Part shown: piece after piece, positions 39,965 through 50,162 of the stretch
Layout: each line of letters begins with the position of its first letter
How positions within the stretch are numbered: the stretch's first letter is position 1
Source of the DNA: Candidatus Parvarchaeum acidophilus ARMAN-5
GTDB lineage: Archaea; Nanobdellota; Nanobdellia; Parvarchaeales; Parvarchaeaceae
Direction of reading: 5' to 3'
DNA length: 62,012 nt
NCBI GenBank assembly: GCA_002412085.1
Contig: GG745550.1
Coordinates: 1 to 62,012, forward strand
Program-made: the position numbers and the translations under genes
The notes under the pieces: generated by a model
Databases searched by the model: none
Told to the model about the DNA's origin: nothing
Seen by the model: only the letters and a program-made list of their open reading frames with translations

Positions 39965-40834
39965 ATGACACAAAAATTTGGTACAAAGAGTAAAGTAGGG
40001 TTAGCACTAGAAAGCTGTGGCGTCGGTGTAAACATAATAGGTAATGAGGCGTTGGTGTCAAAAACCGTTAATGATAAATTAATAAAAAAAATTGTAACGT
40101 CTCCTTCTATACATATTGTAAACAAGAATTATCCATCAGTTTTTGTTAACTTATCCAAGAAATTCAGGCTGGAAGAGGGCTATCCTAAGTCAATATATTA
40201 TGGTAACAACACAAACGATATAGTTTCCATAGCAAAACATTTATTGGAGCGCCCCAAACAAGAAAATGGGATGTATAGCATACATGGTAGCGCTGTAAGC
40301 AAGGAAGGAAAAGCAATTTTTCTATTTGGATGGAAAGATACTGGAAAAAGCAGCACTGCCATAAACCTCGTAAAAAATAAAGGATTCAAGTTTGTGTCAG
40401 ATGGGCAGGCAACTATAAATAATAATGCTAGGATAGTAGGAAAAATTAAACTTCTAGAAGAATTATCCCCTTATATAAAAGAACATTATAAGATTTCCGA
40501 AAATATAAAAGAATTAAAGCAAGACGATCAAAAAGAAAGACCAAAAATAATAGCCTTTGTATATCCTCAGATAACAAATAGAAATGTCACTATAAGATGG
40601 GGTAAAAGTAAGAAATCTATCTTTCACATGTACGAACTTTTAAGCATAGAAATACGTGGCATATATAACTGTTATATAAATGGGTTTAGAAGACCTCTAA
40701 GCTCACTTGATACTATTAGCTTGTCTGTTAAACGTGTAGCGTTAGCAAGAAAATTCGCAGAGACTATACCAATAATTCAGATAAAAGGCAATATGCACTT
40801 TATCTGTAATGAGATCGAAAAACTGTTTAACTAA
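39965..40834 (+). CDS. HPr kinase-like P-loop protein
   Basis: IHGSAVSKEGKAIFLFGWKDTGKSS and FVSD motifs. Confidence 0.75.
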   Translation: MTQKFGTKSKVGLALESCGVGVNIIGNEALVSKTVNDKLIKKIVTSPSIHIVNKNYPSVFVNLSKKFRLEEGYPKSIYYGNNTNDIVSIAKHLLERPKQENGMYSIHGSAVSKEGKAIFLFGWKDTGKSSTAINLVKNKGFKFVSDGQATINNNARIVGKIKLLEELSPYIKEHYKISENIKELKQDDQKERPKIIAFVYPQITNRNVTIRWGKSKKSIFHMYELLSIEIRGIYNCYINGFRRPLSSLDTISLSVKRVALARKFAETIPIIQIKGNMHFICNEIEKLFN

Positions 40835-41682
40835 GACTTAAAGTGCACATAAGGTATAGCTTTTTTGAGAGGGTCTTCTTCTTTTAGTAGCATAGAAATT
40901 ATATTCGATAGTGTGTTGATACCTCCTTCATAAAAGTAAAACGGAACATAACTAGCTTCATTACAAAATTTTATCCTCTTTTTAGCTAATTCATTTGTAT
41001 CTAGCGAAGGTAATGGGTATTCTATTTCTCCTAAATAACCTCCTACTCCTCTGCTATTAGAGGATACCCATGACCACATAAGAAACTGTAGATTATCATA
41101 TGATAACTTTTGTAATATACACTTATTATCTTTTGGATTATAAACAGTTTTCAATTTTATTATACCAACTACTTCTAAGTCAGCCGCGGCGGTTTTACCA
41201 AAATTTACATATCCTCCGTTATCATGCCAAATTTTTGGATAAGAATATCTATTCCCTCCAACGAATTCTAATTTTTGCCCTAAGATTTTAAGTAATATAC
41301 TATCATCGCCACCTATATTGTAGAATTCTCTGAGCTCGTATGCGGTTCTGCTCTTACCCGCTAAGCTGTCTCCCTGTAGGATGACACATTTATTTCCTTT
41401 TGCGATTGCTGCGCCTTCCATGGTATATATTCCACTGTTTTCACCGCAGAACTCTAATAGACTGTTCGCAAGAACTATATTGTCTTTGGCCTGCATTTTA
41501 TATAATAAGTCCTCTTTCTCCAAACCAGCTATTTTAGTATATCTCTCCAAAACATCCTCTAAGCTTTTTGAATGTTTTGCAGATATGACACCCGGTATCC
41601 GTAAAAATATATAATTTTTGTCAATTTGATCGCTTATGTAAACATCGCCTCGCTTCGTATGAACATAATACGAGCCTGTCAT
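40831..41682 (-). CDS. HPr kinase-like P-loop protein (paralog)
   Basis: EGAAIAKGNKCVILQGDSLAGKS and GGDD; shares PL.SLDT..L..KR with 39965-40834. Confidence 0.7.
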   Translation of the reverse strand: MTGSYYVHTKRGDVYISDQIDKNYIFLRIPGVISAKHSKSLEDVLERYTKIAGLEKEDLLYKMQAKDNIVLANSLLEFCGENSGIYTMEGAAIAKGNKCVILQGDSLAGKSRTAYELREFYNIGGDDSILLKILGQKLEFVGGNRYSYPKIWHDNGGYVNFGKTAAADLEVVGIIKLKTVYNPKDNKCILQKLSYDNLQFLMWSWVSSNSRGVGGYLGEIEYPLPSLDTNELAKKRIKFCNEASYVPFYFYEGGINTLSNIISMLLKEEDPLKKAIPYVHFKS

Positions 41683-41804
41683 ATTATATTACTGAAGTGT
41701 AGTGTATATAAGCTTGTAAAGGAGTCAAATTTTTAATTCTGTATAGCTTATTTTTGTTTTATTTGGTTTTAGCACGAGTCCGCGTATGAAACCGGGAATA
41801 GATC

Positions 41805-42644
41805 CTACAGCATAAAGTGGATATAAACAAAAAATAAGAGGGTAGGGTATAGACCGAGTTTCTTACGTGCTATCGGCAATCTCGATAAGTGAATTTTCAT
41901 TAGCATTTCAGTGTAGTAATCCAATTTTCCAAACAGTTTCCTATTTATTCCGCTGCCAACACCGTAAGTATAATATTTCTTAATAAGCTTACGTGTGGTT
42001 AGAGGGTGCTTATGCTTTACAAGAATAGTCGGATCGAAAATAGCTTTTTCTTTAGTCTTCCGCATATTCAATATAGTAAAATATAGGTCGTCCCCGGCGT
42101 ATAAGCCTAAATTTGGGATCTCTTTAGTATAAAGAAATTTTCTATTCAATGAGAAATTGTTTCCGCTTACAGCTATTATATGGTACCCATCAAACTCTTG
42201 TGGCTTTTCAAGAAAATATTTGTTGGATGAAAGGCAGTATCTGACATAAAATGCATTTGTCAAAAGGCTTTTTCCGTCAAAAATAGCATTTCCAAAAACG
42301 AAGAGATACCCTTTTTTTAGCCATTTTAGATGTTGTGATTTTATATCTCTACTTAATGGTTCACAGTCACCGTCTAGGTGTAGTATGTAATCGTTTTTAG
42401 CAACCTTTATACCTATGCTTTTTGTCGCCCACGGACCATATGGCTCATCCATTACTATAAGCCTTGATTTTGTGTTTAGGCTCTTAAGCTTTTTCTTTAT
42501 CTCATCTTCTTTGTTGTCGTGATCGTCTATAACCACTATTTCATCCACTTTTTGACCATCTAAGTAATCCAATAGTGAAAAAAGTTTGGCTCCGTGGTTG
42601 TACGTGCTTATAATGACGCTTAGTTTATAACCCATAAGGTACAC
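41805..42644 (-). CDS. GT2 glycosyltransferase
   Basis: SVIISTYN, VIDD, LDGD, GNNFS, GDD. Confidence 0.85.
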   Translation of the reverse strand: MYLMGYKLSVIISTYNHGAKLFSLLDYLDGQKVDEIVVIDDHDNKEDEIKKKLKSLNTKSRLIVMDEPYGPWATKSIGIKVAKNDYILHLDGDCEPLSRDIKSQHLKWLKKGYLFVFGNAIFDGKSLLTNAFYVRYCLSSNKYFLEKPQEFDGYHIIAVSGNNFSLNRKFLYTKEIPNLGLYAGDDLYFTILNMRKTKEKAIFDPTILVKHKHPLTTRKLIKKYYTYGVGSGINRKLFGKLDYYTEMLMKIHLSRLPIARKKLGLYPTLLFFVYIHFML

Positions 42645-43782
42645 AAGTTATTAAAAACATATACGGCTGTTTTTTATTTTGAACCTGCGGAATTGGTAGA
42701 TTTCTTTGTCCTAATGGCATATATACGGGATATCTGTATCCTATCTTTGATACATTAACATTAAATCCGGAATTTTCCAATAGATTAGTGACAGAATCCA
42801 GTCTTAGTTTTTTATAATATTCAGGGGTACTTGCATTGTAAACTTTTCTATAGGAATCGCGTACTTTTCTCCATGCGGATTCTGTATTATCCAGAGTCAA
42901 TATAAAAACACCATCTTTCGAGAGCGCTGATCTAATATTTCCGATAAAACTATAAGGATCTTTTATATGTTCAATCACTTCTGCACATACAATAGTATTA
43001 TATTTTTTATTCGTCTTAAATTTCTCTGCAACACCATCAATGAAATTTATTCTGTGTCCAAATCTCTTCATAAGTATAGTCCTAAAATCTGGATTTAATT
43101 CCAATAGATCAACGGTTTTGAAATTTCTAAGTATCAGATCGGTAAGTCTTCCATACCCAGGCCCAATCTCTAAGACAGGTCCAGAACATTTTAGTAATAA
43201 TTTTTTTAACTCATTTTCTTCTTCTTTAAATACTATTTTAGGGTTCAGTTTCTCTTCTTTCCACCAGGTTTTAACGGTCCCGGAATACGCGAAATACGTA
43301 AAACCTAATGATGGTCTAAAATCTCTAGCTCTAAGTGAGGCATATAACTCTTTGTATTTATCAGACTTACGTGACAGAAAAAACATACCATCAGTAAATC
43401 TCCACCCAAGGTTTAATATATCCTTTAGTTCTTCTGGATACACCCATTTAACCTCTTTAAGTTCTCTTAATGCCTTTGGGAAAGGGGTGCCTTCTATTTC
43501 AGTGATTAGAAAATAATGCTCAAATTCTGTGTGGCCCCAGTGAACAGATTGATTTTTTGAACCAAGCCACTCTACATTTTTAATTTTTATCCCAATTTCT
43601 TCCCACAGTTCTCTCTTCAGTGCAGAAATTGGTGTCTCGCCTTTCTCTATACCCCCTCCTGGCAACTCCCATAGGTACATGTGGTTTCTCATGTTTCTAA
43701 GATCGATTAAAAACTTTCCATCTATTAATATTATTCCAACAACACCGTTTCCTTCTGCGGTTACTATTTTCTCTGCCTTCAT
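42625..43782 (-). CDS. NUDIX hydrolase fused to class I SAM methyltransferase
   Basis: Nudix box GGGIEKGETPISALKRELWEEIG; VLEIGPGYGR and EVIEHIKDP. Confidence 0.88.
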   Translation of the reverse strand: MKAEKIVTAEGNGVVGIILIDGKFLIDLRNMRNHMYLWELPGGGIEKGETPISALKRELWEEIGIKIKNVEWLGSKNQSVHWGHTEFEHYFLITEIEGTPFPKALRELKEVKWVYPEELKDILNLGWRFTDGMFFLSRKSDKYKELYASLRARDFRPSLGFTYFAYSGTVKTWWKEEKLNPKIVFKEEENELKKLLLKCSGPVLEIGPGYGRLTDLILRNFKTVDLLELNPDFRTILMKRFGHRINFIDGVAEKFKTNKKYNTIVCAEVIEHIKDPYSFIGNIRSALSKDGVFILTLDNTESAWRKVRDSYRKVYNASTPEYYKKLRLDSVTNLLENSGFNVNVSKIGYRYPVYMPLGQRNLPIPQVQNKKQPYMFLITCVPYGL

Positions 43783-43834
43783 ATTAAATTAAATAGCTGA
43801 TATGATTTATATCTTAATAAATTAATATTTAGAT

Positions 43835-44911
43835 ATGAAAATACTCGTACTTCAGCCTAGGATCTCATACTATGTGGGTGGGGGAGAAATTGTGCCGTCA
43901 TATCAAATGGCAGAATTATCCAAGTTAGGGAACGAAGTTATGTTAATAACTACAAAGCCTTCAAAACCGTCAGAGTACTTACAATTACTAAAAAAAGCGG
44001 GTGTTAAGATTACTTTTTCTAGTGTAAAGTCTTTAGATAACGTTTATCATGCTGGTGCAAGAATTCCATTTGAGTCATGGAATTCCGAATCTCTCATGAT
44101 GCAACTAGATTCCATAGAAACTATAAAAAGAAGCGATCCAGACGTGATAGTCTCCCACTACTCGCATGATCACATAATATTAGATAACAAGAACATTGTT
44201 CTGCATCTACATGGCTATCCTGAACATAGCATAGAATCCGCGGGTATAGGACTTAAAAGGGCAAGAGCGATAGTATCTGTTAGCTCCGAAGTCAAAACGA
44301 AATGGCATTCTCTTTTTCCAGAATTCTCGCACAAAATAAAAAAGGTCCTTCATAATGGTATAGCCACAGAGTTGTTTAAACCTATAGAAACAAAAAAGAT
44401 ATATGATTTAATCTTTGTTGGAAGGCTAATAAAGATAAAAGGTTTAGATTACCTAATTAAAGCGATTGAGGGAAGTAACCTGAAACTAGCAATTGTCGGC
44501 GAAGGCCCGGAAAAAGAAAAACTTTATGCGCTTTCAAAAAGATTAAAAGTTAAAGTGAATTTCTTAGGTTATGTTAAATTTAGGGATCTACCATTAATTT
44601 ACTCACGTTCAAAAATAGGAGTCTTCCCATCTTATTCTAGGGAAGGGGTCCTAACAAGTATGTTAGAGGCTATGTCTTGCGGTTTAGGAATTGTAACTAC
44701 AGACCAAGGTGGTATGAAAGAGGCATTGAAGTTTGGTGGTGGAGTAATAGTTGAATCAAGAAGTGCTTCTTCATTAGCCAAAGGAATAAATGAGGTCTTA
44801 TCAAATTACTCTGACTTTGGAAATTCTGCACGGGAAGTGGTCAAGGAGCATTTTAATATACAGGAAAACTGCAGTAAACTCGAAAAATTCTATAGAGAAG
44901 CGGTTCATTAA
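43835..44911 (+). CDS. GT4 glycosyltransferase
   Basis: GGGE, HNGI, FVGRL..KG, EGVLTSMLEAMSCG. Confidence 0.9.
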   Translation: MKILVLQPRISYYVGGGEIVPSYQMAELSKLGNEVMLITTKPSKPSEYLQLLKKAGVKITFSSVKSLDNVYHAGARIPFESWNSESLMMQLDSIETIKRSDPDVIVSHYSHDHIILDNKNIVLHLHGYPEHSIESAGIGLKRARAIVSVSSEVKTKWHSLFPEFSHKIKKVLHNGIATELFKPIETKKIYDLIFVGRLIKIKGLDYLIKAIEGSNLKLAIVGEGPEKEKLYALSKRLKVKVNFLGYVKFRDLPLIYSRSKIGVFPSYSREGVLTSMLEAMSCGLGIVTTDQGGMKEALKFGGGVIVESRSASSLAKGINEVLSNYSDFGNSAREVVKEHFNIQENCSKLEKFYREAVH

Positions 44912-45483
44912 CTGTTTTTTCTCTTATATTCCATTATTTTTGTACCTTTAACCAAATATAATGAAACCTTATCAAAAGATGGAAACTTTCTAAGCTTCTG
45001 CATAATATTTATAGAATCATCAAAAAATGCATATTTTTCATACTTTCCAAGCAGTGATTTCAAGTAGTTTATCTTGAATTTTTCGCCATCTCTGCTATTT
45101 TTGCGGTCTAGAACTAATTTTTGAAATGGTATATTTTCTTTCACTAAACTTTTAATAGTATATCTTTTGACTGTATTCCATCGGGTACTTATAACAATGA
45201 TATAATACCCTTGCAGCTTTAGAGACTGACATCTTTCTATGACTGAGTTATTTACTTTATACATCTTCCAGTATTTTCTGCTCGCCAAAGTAAATATTTT
45301 AACTCTCACGTCAAGTGGCAGTTTTTTAATCTTAGATCTTGTGAGCTTCTTATTCAGTACATCATTTGAAGCCATTTTACATGCCGCATCTGTAAAAAAC
45401 AGCGTATTATCATAATCGAATATGGCAATCTTTTTAATGCCCATTCTTGTACTGGCATTTTTATTTTCCATAATTGTTTTCAT
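44908..45483 (-). CDS. HAD-family phosphatase (small cap)
   Basis: FDYDNTLF, ISTR, K, FFDD motifs. Confidence 0.75.
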   Translation of the reverse strand: MKTIMENKNASTRMGIKKIAIFDYDNTLFFTDAACKMASNDVLNKKLTRSKIKKLPLDVRVKIFTLASRKYWKMYKVNNSVIERCQSLKLQGYYIIVISTRWNTVKRYTIKSLVKENIPFQKLVLDRKNSRDGEKFKINYLKSLLGKYEKYAFFDDSINIMQKLRKFPSFDKVSLYLVKGTKIMEYKRKNS

Positions 45484-46112
45484 ATTATATATAGGGTGTA
45501 ATACCTTTTAGATATTTCTTTATATAAAGAAATAATATTAATATACAATAATTATGACGTTTTCTTAAGTTACATACAAACTCAGTATAATCCGTAGATT
45601 GACAATGTAAATCTTGGATAAATAGATAATGCACTGATATTACGGCCCATAGCATCACTGCAAGAAGAATTATTGGATCATATTATAGTTTTAATACTCT
45701 TACATCATTGTTTTTTTTGATATGGCTGTGTTTTAAATAGTATACAAACGGCTACTCCTAAAATATATATTTTATGGGAGAACATTACACTACTATATTC
45801 ATTTTCTCAATTAGGTACGGCAGTGCTTAGGAACTTTACTGTATTTGTATTGTCGTTCTATAATTATACAAGTAATCCGTAAGTTCTAAAAATTGTATGT
45901 ATAGTTAATTGCTTCTTCGTAAGCAACGAACAATTTTATCCAATTGTAAACAAAATAAGTAAATATCCATTTTTGATTAGTCTATTACCAAATCAAGCGA
46001 TACCCAACTAAAAAACATTATTGCTTTTTTCAATGTGTACTTAGCAATCTTTTGTTACAATAGCAATTGACTGTACACTTTTCATAAAATAGTACTACCT
46101 CAAAACAAATAT

Positions 46113-46200
46113 GCCCCGACCGGGATTTGAACCCGGGTTTCTGCCTGTCCTCTCAAAATGATCGAAAGGGCAATGTCCTTGGCCGCTAGACTATCGGGGC
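46113..46200 (-). tRNA. tRNA-Glu(UUC) with 16-nt intron at 37/38 (46147-46162)
   Basis: Acceptor GCCCCGA/TCGGGGC, T-arm CCGGG-TTCAAAT-CCCGG, anticodon TTC; intron ATCATTTTGAGAGGAC forms a bulge-helix-bulge. Confidence 0.9.
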
Positions 46201-46254
46201 ATATCTTAGAATACCTATTCAAAGATTTAAAGATTAAGACATTTAAATATATAT

Positions 46255-47436
46255 ATGCCCAACGTAACTTTTTATTTTGAGGTGCATCAGCCTTACAGAT
46301 TGAAAAGAGTTTATTCTTTCATAGAAGATAAGGAGTTTATAGATTATAACCGTAATAAAGAGATATTTAACAAGATTACAGACAAGTGTTATATTCCAAT
46401 GACAAAACTTCTTATAAGTCTGGCTAAAGAGTATCCGGAATTTAAGGTAAACTTTTCGCTTACAGGTACTTTCATGGAACAGGCTGAGATGTTTAGGCCG
46501 GAAGTAATTCAACTTTTTCAAGAGCTTTTCGATACGGGTAATATGGAGTTGCTTGATGAAACTTATTACCATTCACTTTCATTTCTTATAGACAAAGAAG
46601 AATTTATAGCTCAGGTAAAGCAACATAAATCTCTGATGTATCGTTATTTTAAGTTTCATCCTAAAGTATTTAGAAATACCGAAGCACTATATTCAAATGA
46701 TATAGCTAATTCTGTTGCAAAACTTGGATACACAGGAATACTAGCAGAAGGCTGGGATAGAGTATTGGGATGGCGTTCTCCAAATTATGTTTATACTAAT
46801 CCAGAGAATAATATAAAAGTTCTACTTAGAAACTATAAACTTAGCGATGATGTCGCTTTTAGGTTCTCAACAAAAACATGGAGTGAATTTCCTTTGACTG
46901 CAGAAAAATATGCCAATTGGATAGCCAATAATGAGGGAGACACTGTAAATCTATTCATGGATTACGAAACTTTTGGAGAACATCAGTGGAATGATACAGG
47001 CATATTTGAGTTTATGAAGGATTTACCAGGTAAACTTATCTCCAAAGGAGTAGGCTTTAATAAAGTTTCAGAAGCAATAAAATCAAAACCAGTTGGAGCT
47101 GTCGATGTGCCTTATTATCTTTCTTGGGCAGATATGGATAGAGATTTATCGGCATGGCTCGGTAATCAGATGCAGGATGCAGCTTTTAACAAACTCAAAG
47201 AAATGGAGCAAGAGATATTGTCCTCTGGTAATAAGGAACTCATAAATAGGTGGAGGATTCTTCAGACTTCAGATAATTTCTACTATATGTGTACAAAGTG
47301 GTTTGCAGATGGAGATATACACAAATATTTTAATGCGTACACTTCACCTTATATCGCTTATCTTAATTATATGAATGTAATATCCCATTTGGATTCTACA
47401 GTGAAGTCCTTTTTAAAGCTTCATCATACGCCTTAA
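46255..47436 (+). CDS. GH57 alpha-amylase family protein
   Basis: EVHQP, ETYYHSL, FRNTE, MDYETFGEH, QTSD. Confidence 0.93.
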   Translation: MPNVTFYFEVHQPYRLKRVYSFIEDKEFIDYNRNKEIFNKITDKCYIPMTKLLISLAKEYPEFKVNFSLTGTFMEQAEMFRPEVIQLFQELFDTGNMELLDETYYHSLSFLIDKEEFIAQVKQHKSLMYRYFKFHPKVFRNTEALYSNDIANSVAKLGYTGILAEGWDRVLGWRSPNYVYTNPENNIKVLLRNYKLSDDVAFRFSTKTWSEFPLTAEKYANWIANNEGDTVNLFMDYETFGEHQWNDTGIFEFMKDLPGKLISKGVGFNKVSEAIKSKPVGAVDVPYYLSWADMDRDLSAWLGNQMQDAAFNKLKEMEQEILSSGNKELINRWRILQTSDNFYYMCTKWFADGDIHKYFNAYTSPYIAYLNYMNVISHLDSTVKSFLKLHHTP

Positions 47437-49171
47437 TATAAAATGGGAGAAATTTATCCCAACCAAACTGATTAGCTAACTGGTTTGCGGATATTTTGAG
47501 TTTTAATAGCTCGTCTTCGCCCATAAGAGCTATTTTCATCATGTCCTTAGCAGTCTGAGCTATATACTCATCCCTCTTCTTTCCAAGCATTTTCTCCACA
47601 AATACCCCTTTGTAATTGTTTTTATAATCATTTAATAAATACTGACCGAATCCACTTAAATCAGAAGTAAATGATATCGACATGTATGCTGCGGCTTCAA
47701 GTGGAGTATAACCAAAAGGTTCATATTTGGAAATAAAAAATCCTGCTGTAGACAGTGCCAGCATCTCATAATAAGTAAGGTTAAGAAGTTCATCTCCGAC
47801 TACAAGATACTTTGGATAAAATATTACCTTAACATGGTTTTTCTCCGTGTTTTCAAGGCCATTTTCGTGAAGTTTATTAAGTATAGCATCATTGTTTTCG
47901 GGGTAGGATAGCATAAAAGGAGTAAGTGGAGGATTAGTTATTTTATTCTTTCTAAGCTGTTGAATTAGTTTTCTAGAGTCATTTATCATTTTGCTGTAAG
48001 CCATATTTGCTGTAGTCTCTTCTAGATCTGGTGACTCTGAGACCAGTTTGTCAAAGTTTTTAAGATCTTCATCAAGTGCAGATTTTATACCTATATACGT
48101 AAGGTAGTTAGCCGCTACATCATTTCTTACTCCAACTGTACCTGTAGGTACGGCTATAAGCGCTATTATTGAGTCGCCGTCTGTAAGCATTTTATCTAGT
48201 TTGCCAAGCGCATCTATAAAAATATCATACCCTTTGTCATAAAACTCGTATCTGCCGCTTGTAACGAATATCCTTAGTTTGTTGGTATTAATATCATAAA
48301 AAGGAAGAAAATACGCATTAAGAAAATTAGTTATCTTTTTTCTTGCGTTTTCCCTAAGCGTCTCTATAGAATTTGTATCAGGTAGGTTATCTGTGTCTAT
48401 ACCATTAATGGTTACTAAGTCAGGTTCCTTTCCGAGTATTACTCTGGCTTCTTTTGCCACCACACTGCTGACGGCAGTGAATATAGTTGCATTGCCTGCA
48501 CCAGCCTTCTCAGTAAAGTGTTTTGCGGCTACTCCATATTTATATGGCATATCTTGTGTTATATCTTTATTTTGCATTACATACTCATTGGTATTCCCTC
48601 CCGAGTAAGATATGGCTCTGCCTAAAACTGTTGCGTGTATAGTAAAGACAGTGGGTACATTCACTTTTTTATATTTCAGATATAGTAATGAACCTGCAGA
48701 TAACCATTCATGAACCTGCACAACTAATTTTTTATTTATAGTTTTACTTAATTCTTCTATTATCGCACCTACAGAATATGACCAGGCAAGTGGCTCATTA
48801 TAATCACCAGGAGAATTAAGGGAGTCTATATTAAAAGCATTCCAGAAATTCGTCTTTATCTCATTTATGTGTTTATTTTCAAATTCTTTGGAATCTATTA
48901 AAAGAATATTGACATCGTTAGCCGAGGACCATTTTCCAAAATAAATCTTAACTCCCTCTAGTTTTAGGTTGGCTATGGCGTCTTTTATGAATTGAGGGGG
49001 AGCCGTCTCTGTAAACTCCATTGCAGCTTGACTTTGATTGTAAAAACCAATTGCTAGATAATTATCTCCAAATTCTTTTTTCATGTATGAAGATTTAGAT
49101 GTTAGAACTGTCCATATTCCTCCTACTTTATTTCCTGCTTCAAATGAAACCTCTATAAGAAATTTTTCCAT
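47396..49171 (-). CDS. GT3 glycogen synthase
   Basis: EVSFEAGNKVGGIWTV, HEW, HATVLGR, GRYEFYDKG, YEPFGYTPLE; start at MEKF (49171). Confidence 0.9.
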   Translation of the reverse strand: MEKFLIEVSFEAGNKVGGIWTVLTSKSSYMKKEFGDNYLAIGFYNQSQAAMEFTETAPPQFIKDAIANLKLEGVKIYFGKWSSANDVNILLIDSKEFENKHINEIKTNFWNAFNIDSLNSPGDYNEPLAWSYSVGAIIEELSKTINKKLVVQVHEWLSAGSLLYLKYKKVNVPTVFTIHATVLGRAISYSGGNTNEYVMQNKDITQDMPYKYGVAAKHFTEKAGAGNATIFTAVSSVVAKEARVILGKEPDLVTINGIDTDNLPDTNSIETLRENARKKITNFLNAYFLPFYDINTNKLRIFVTSGRYEFYDKGYDIFIDALGKLDKMLTDGDSIIALIAVPTGTVGVRNDVAANYLTYIGIKSALDEDLKNFDKLVSESPDLEETTANMAYSKMINDSRKLIQQLRKNKITNPPLTPFMLSYPENNDAILNKLHENGLENTEKNHVKVIFYPKYLVVGDELLNLTYYEMLALSTAGFFISKYEPFGYTPLEAAAYMSISFTSDLSGFGQYLLNDYKNNYKGVFVEKMLGKKRDEYIAQTAKDMMKIALMGEDELLKLKISANQLANQFGWDKFLPFYIKAYDEALKRTSL

Positions 49172-49238
49172 AGTATTAATTTGCCATAGTAAAATAAATA
49201 CTTGAAAAGTTTTACTTATAGCACAGTATAAAATAAAT

Positions 49239-50162
49239 ATGGTAGAGAAAGTGATAATAATAGGTTCTGGGCCAGCAGGATATACTGCAGCGATATACAC
49301 TTCCAGGGATGATCTAAATCCACTGCTTATACGTGGTTTTGAAGTTGGAGGACAGTTAATGCTTACCTCAGAAATTGAGAATTTTCCAGGATTTAAGTCA
49401 ATACTTGGTCCGGATCTTATGGATCAGTTTGCAGAGCAGGTTAAAAATCTCAAGTGTAGAGTTATAGATGAAAACGTTTCCAAAGTAGATTTTTCTTCAT
49501 ATCCATATAAAGTTTATGTTGGAAAAGACATGTATGAAACGTATTCTGTAATTATAGCTACCGGTGCATCCGTAAAGTGGCTCGGATTAGACAATGAAAA
49601 AAGACTACTTGGAAAAGGCGTTTCCGGATGTGCTGTATGTGATGGAGCTTTCTTCAAGCAAAAGAATGTAATAGTAGTAGGTGGGGGAGATAGTGCTATG
49701 GAGGATGCAAATTATCTTTCCACATTGACCGATTCGGTTACTCTTATACACAGGAGGCATGAATTCAGAGCAAGCAAGATAATGCAAGACAGAGTTCTTT
49801 CCAATAATAAAATAAAAGTAATTTGGGACAGTGAAGTAGTTGAGGTACTTGGCAAGGATCATGTAGAAGGTGTAAAAATAAAGAATGTAAAGACTGGAGA
49901 AGAGAAAGAAATTACAGCTTATGGTCTTTTCATAGCTATAGGACATACTCCTAATACCGATGTTTTCAAAGGTCAGATAGATATAGATGAAAACGGCTAT
50001 ATTATTACGCATAATTTTACTAATACGACTAAAGAGGGTGTATTTGCAGCTGGTGACGTACAGGATAAAATTTATAAACAAGCAGTAATAGCCGCAGGGT
50101 GGGGAAGTATGTGCGCTATGGACGCAAGGAAATTTTTAGAAGAAAAAAACCTAAGTAAATAG
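49239..50162 (+). CDS. trxB: Thioredoxin reductase
   Basis: GSGPAG, CAVCDG, GGGDSA, AAGDV. Confidence 0.95.
   Translation: MVEKVIIIGSGPAGYTAAIYTSRDDLNPLLIRGFEVGGQLMLTSEIENFPGFKSILGPDLMDQFAEQVKNLKCRVIDENVSKVDFSSYPYKVYVGKDMYETYSVIIATGASVKWLGLDNEKRLLGKGVSGCAVCDGAFFKQKNVIVVGGGDSAMEDANYLSTLTDSVTLIHRRHEFRASKIMQDRVLSNNKIKVIWDSEVVEVLGKDHVEGVKIKNVKTGEEKEITAYGLFIAIGHTPNTDVFKGQIDIDENGYIITHNFTNTTKEGVFAAGDVQDKIYKQAVIAAGWGSMCAMDARKFLEEKNLSK

Noticed and set aside
45540..46110. ORF-free stretch as ncRNA or att-flanked element end
   Set aside because: AT-rich, no convincing stems, no copy of the tRNA-Glu 3' end found at the other side, no integrase; probably decayed DNA.
49172..49300. N-terminal extension of glycogen synthase in the ORF track
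   Set aside because: Overlaps the divergent trxB start; family similarity begins at MEKF (49171).
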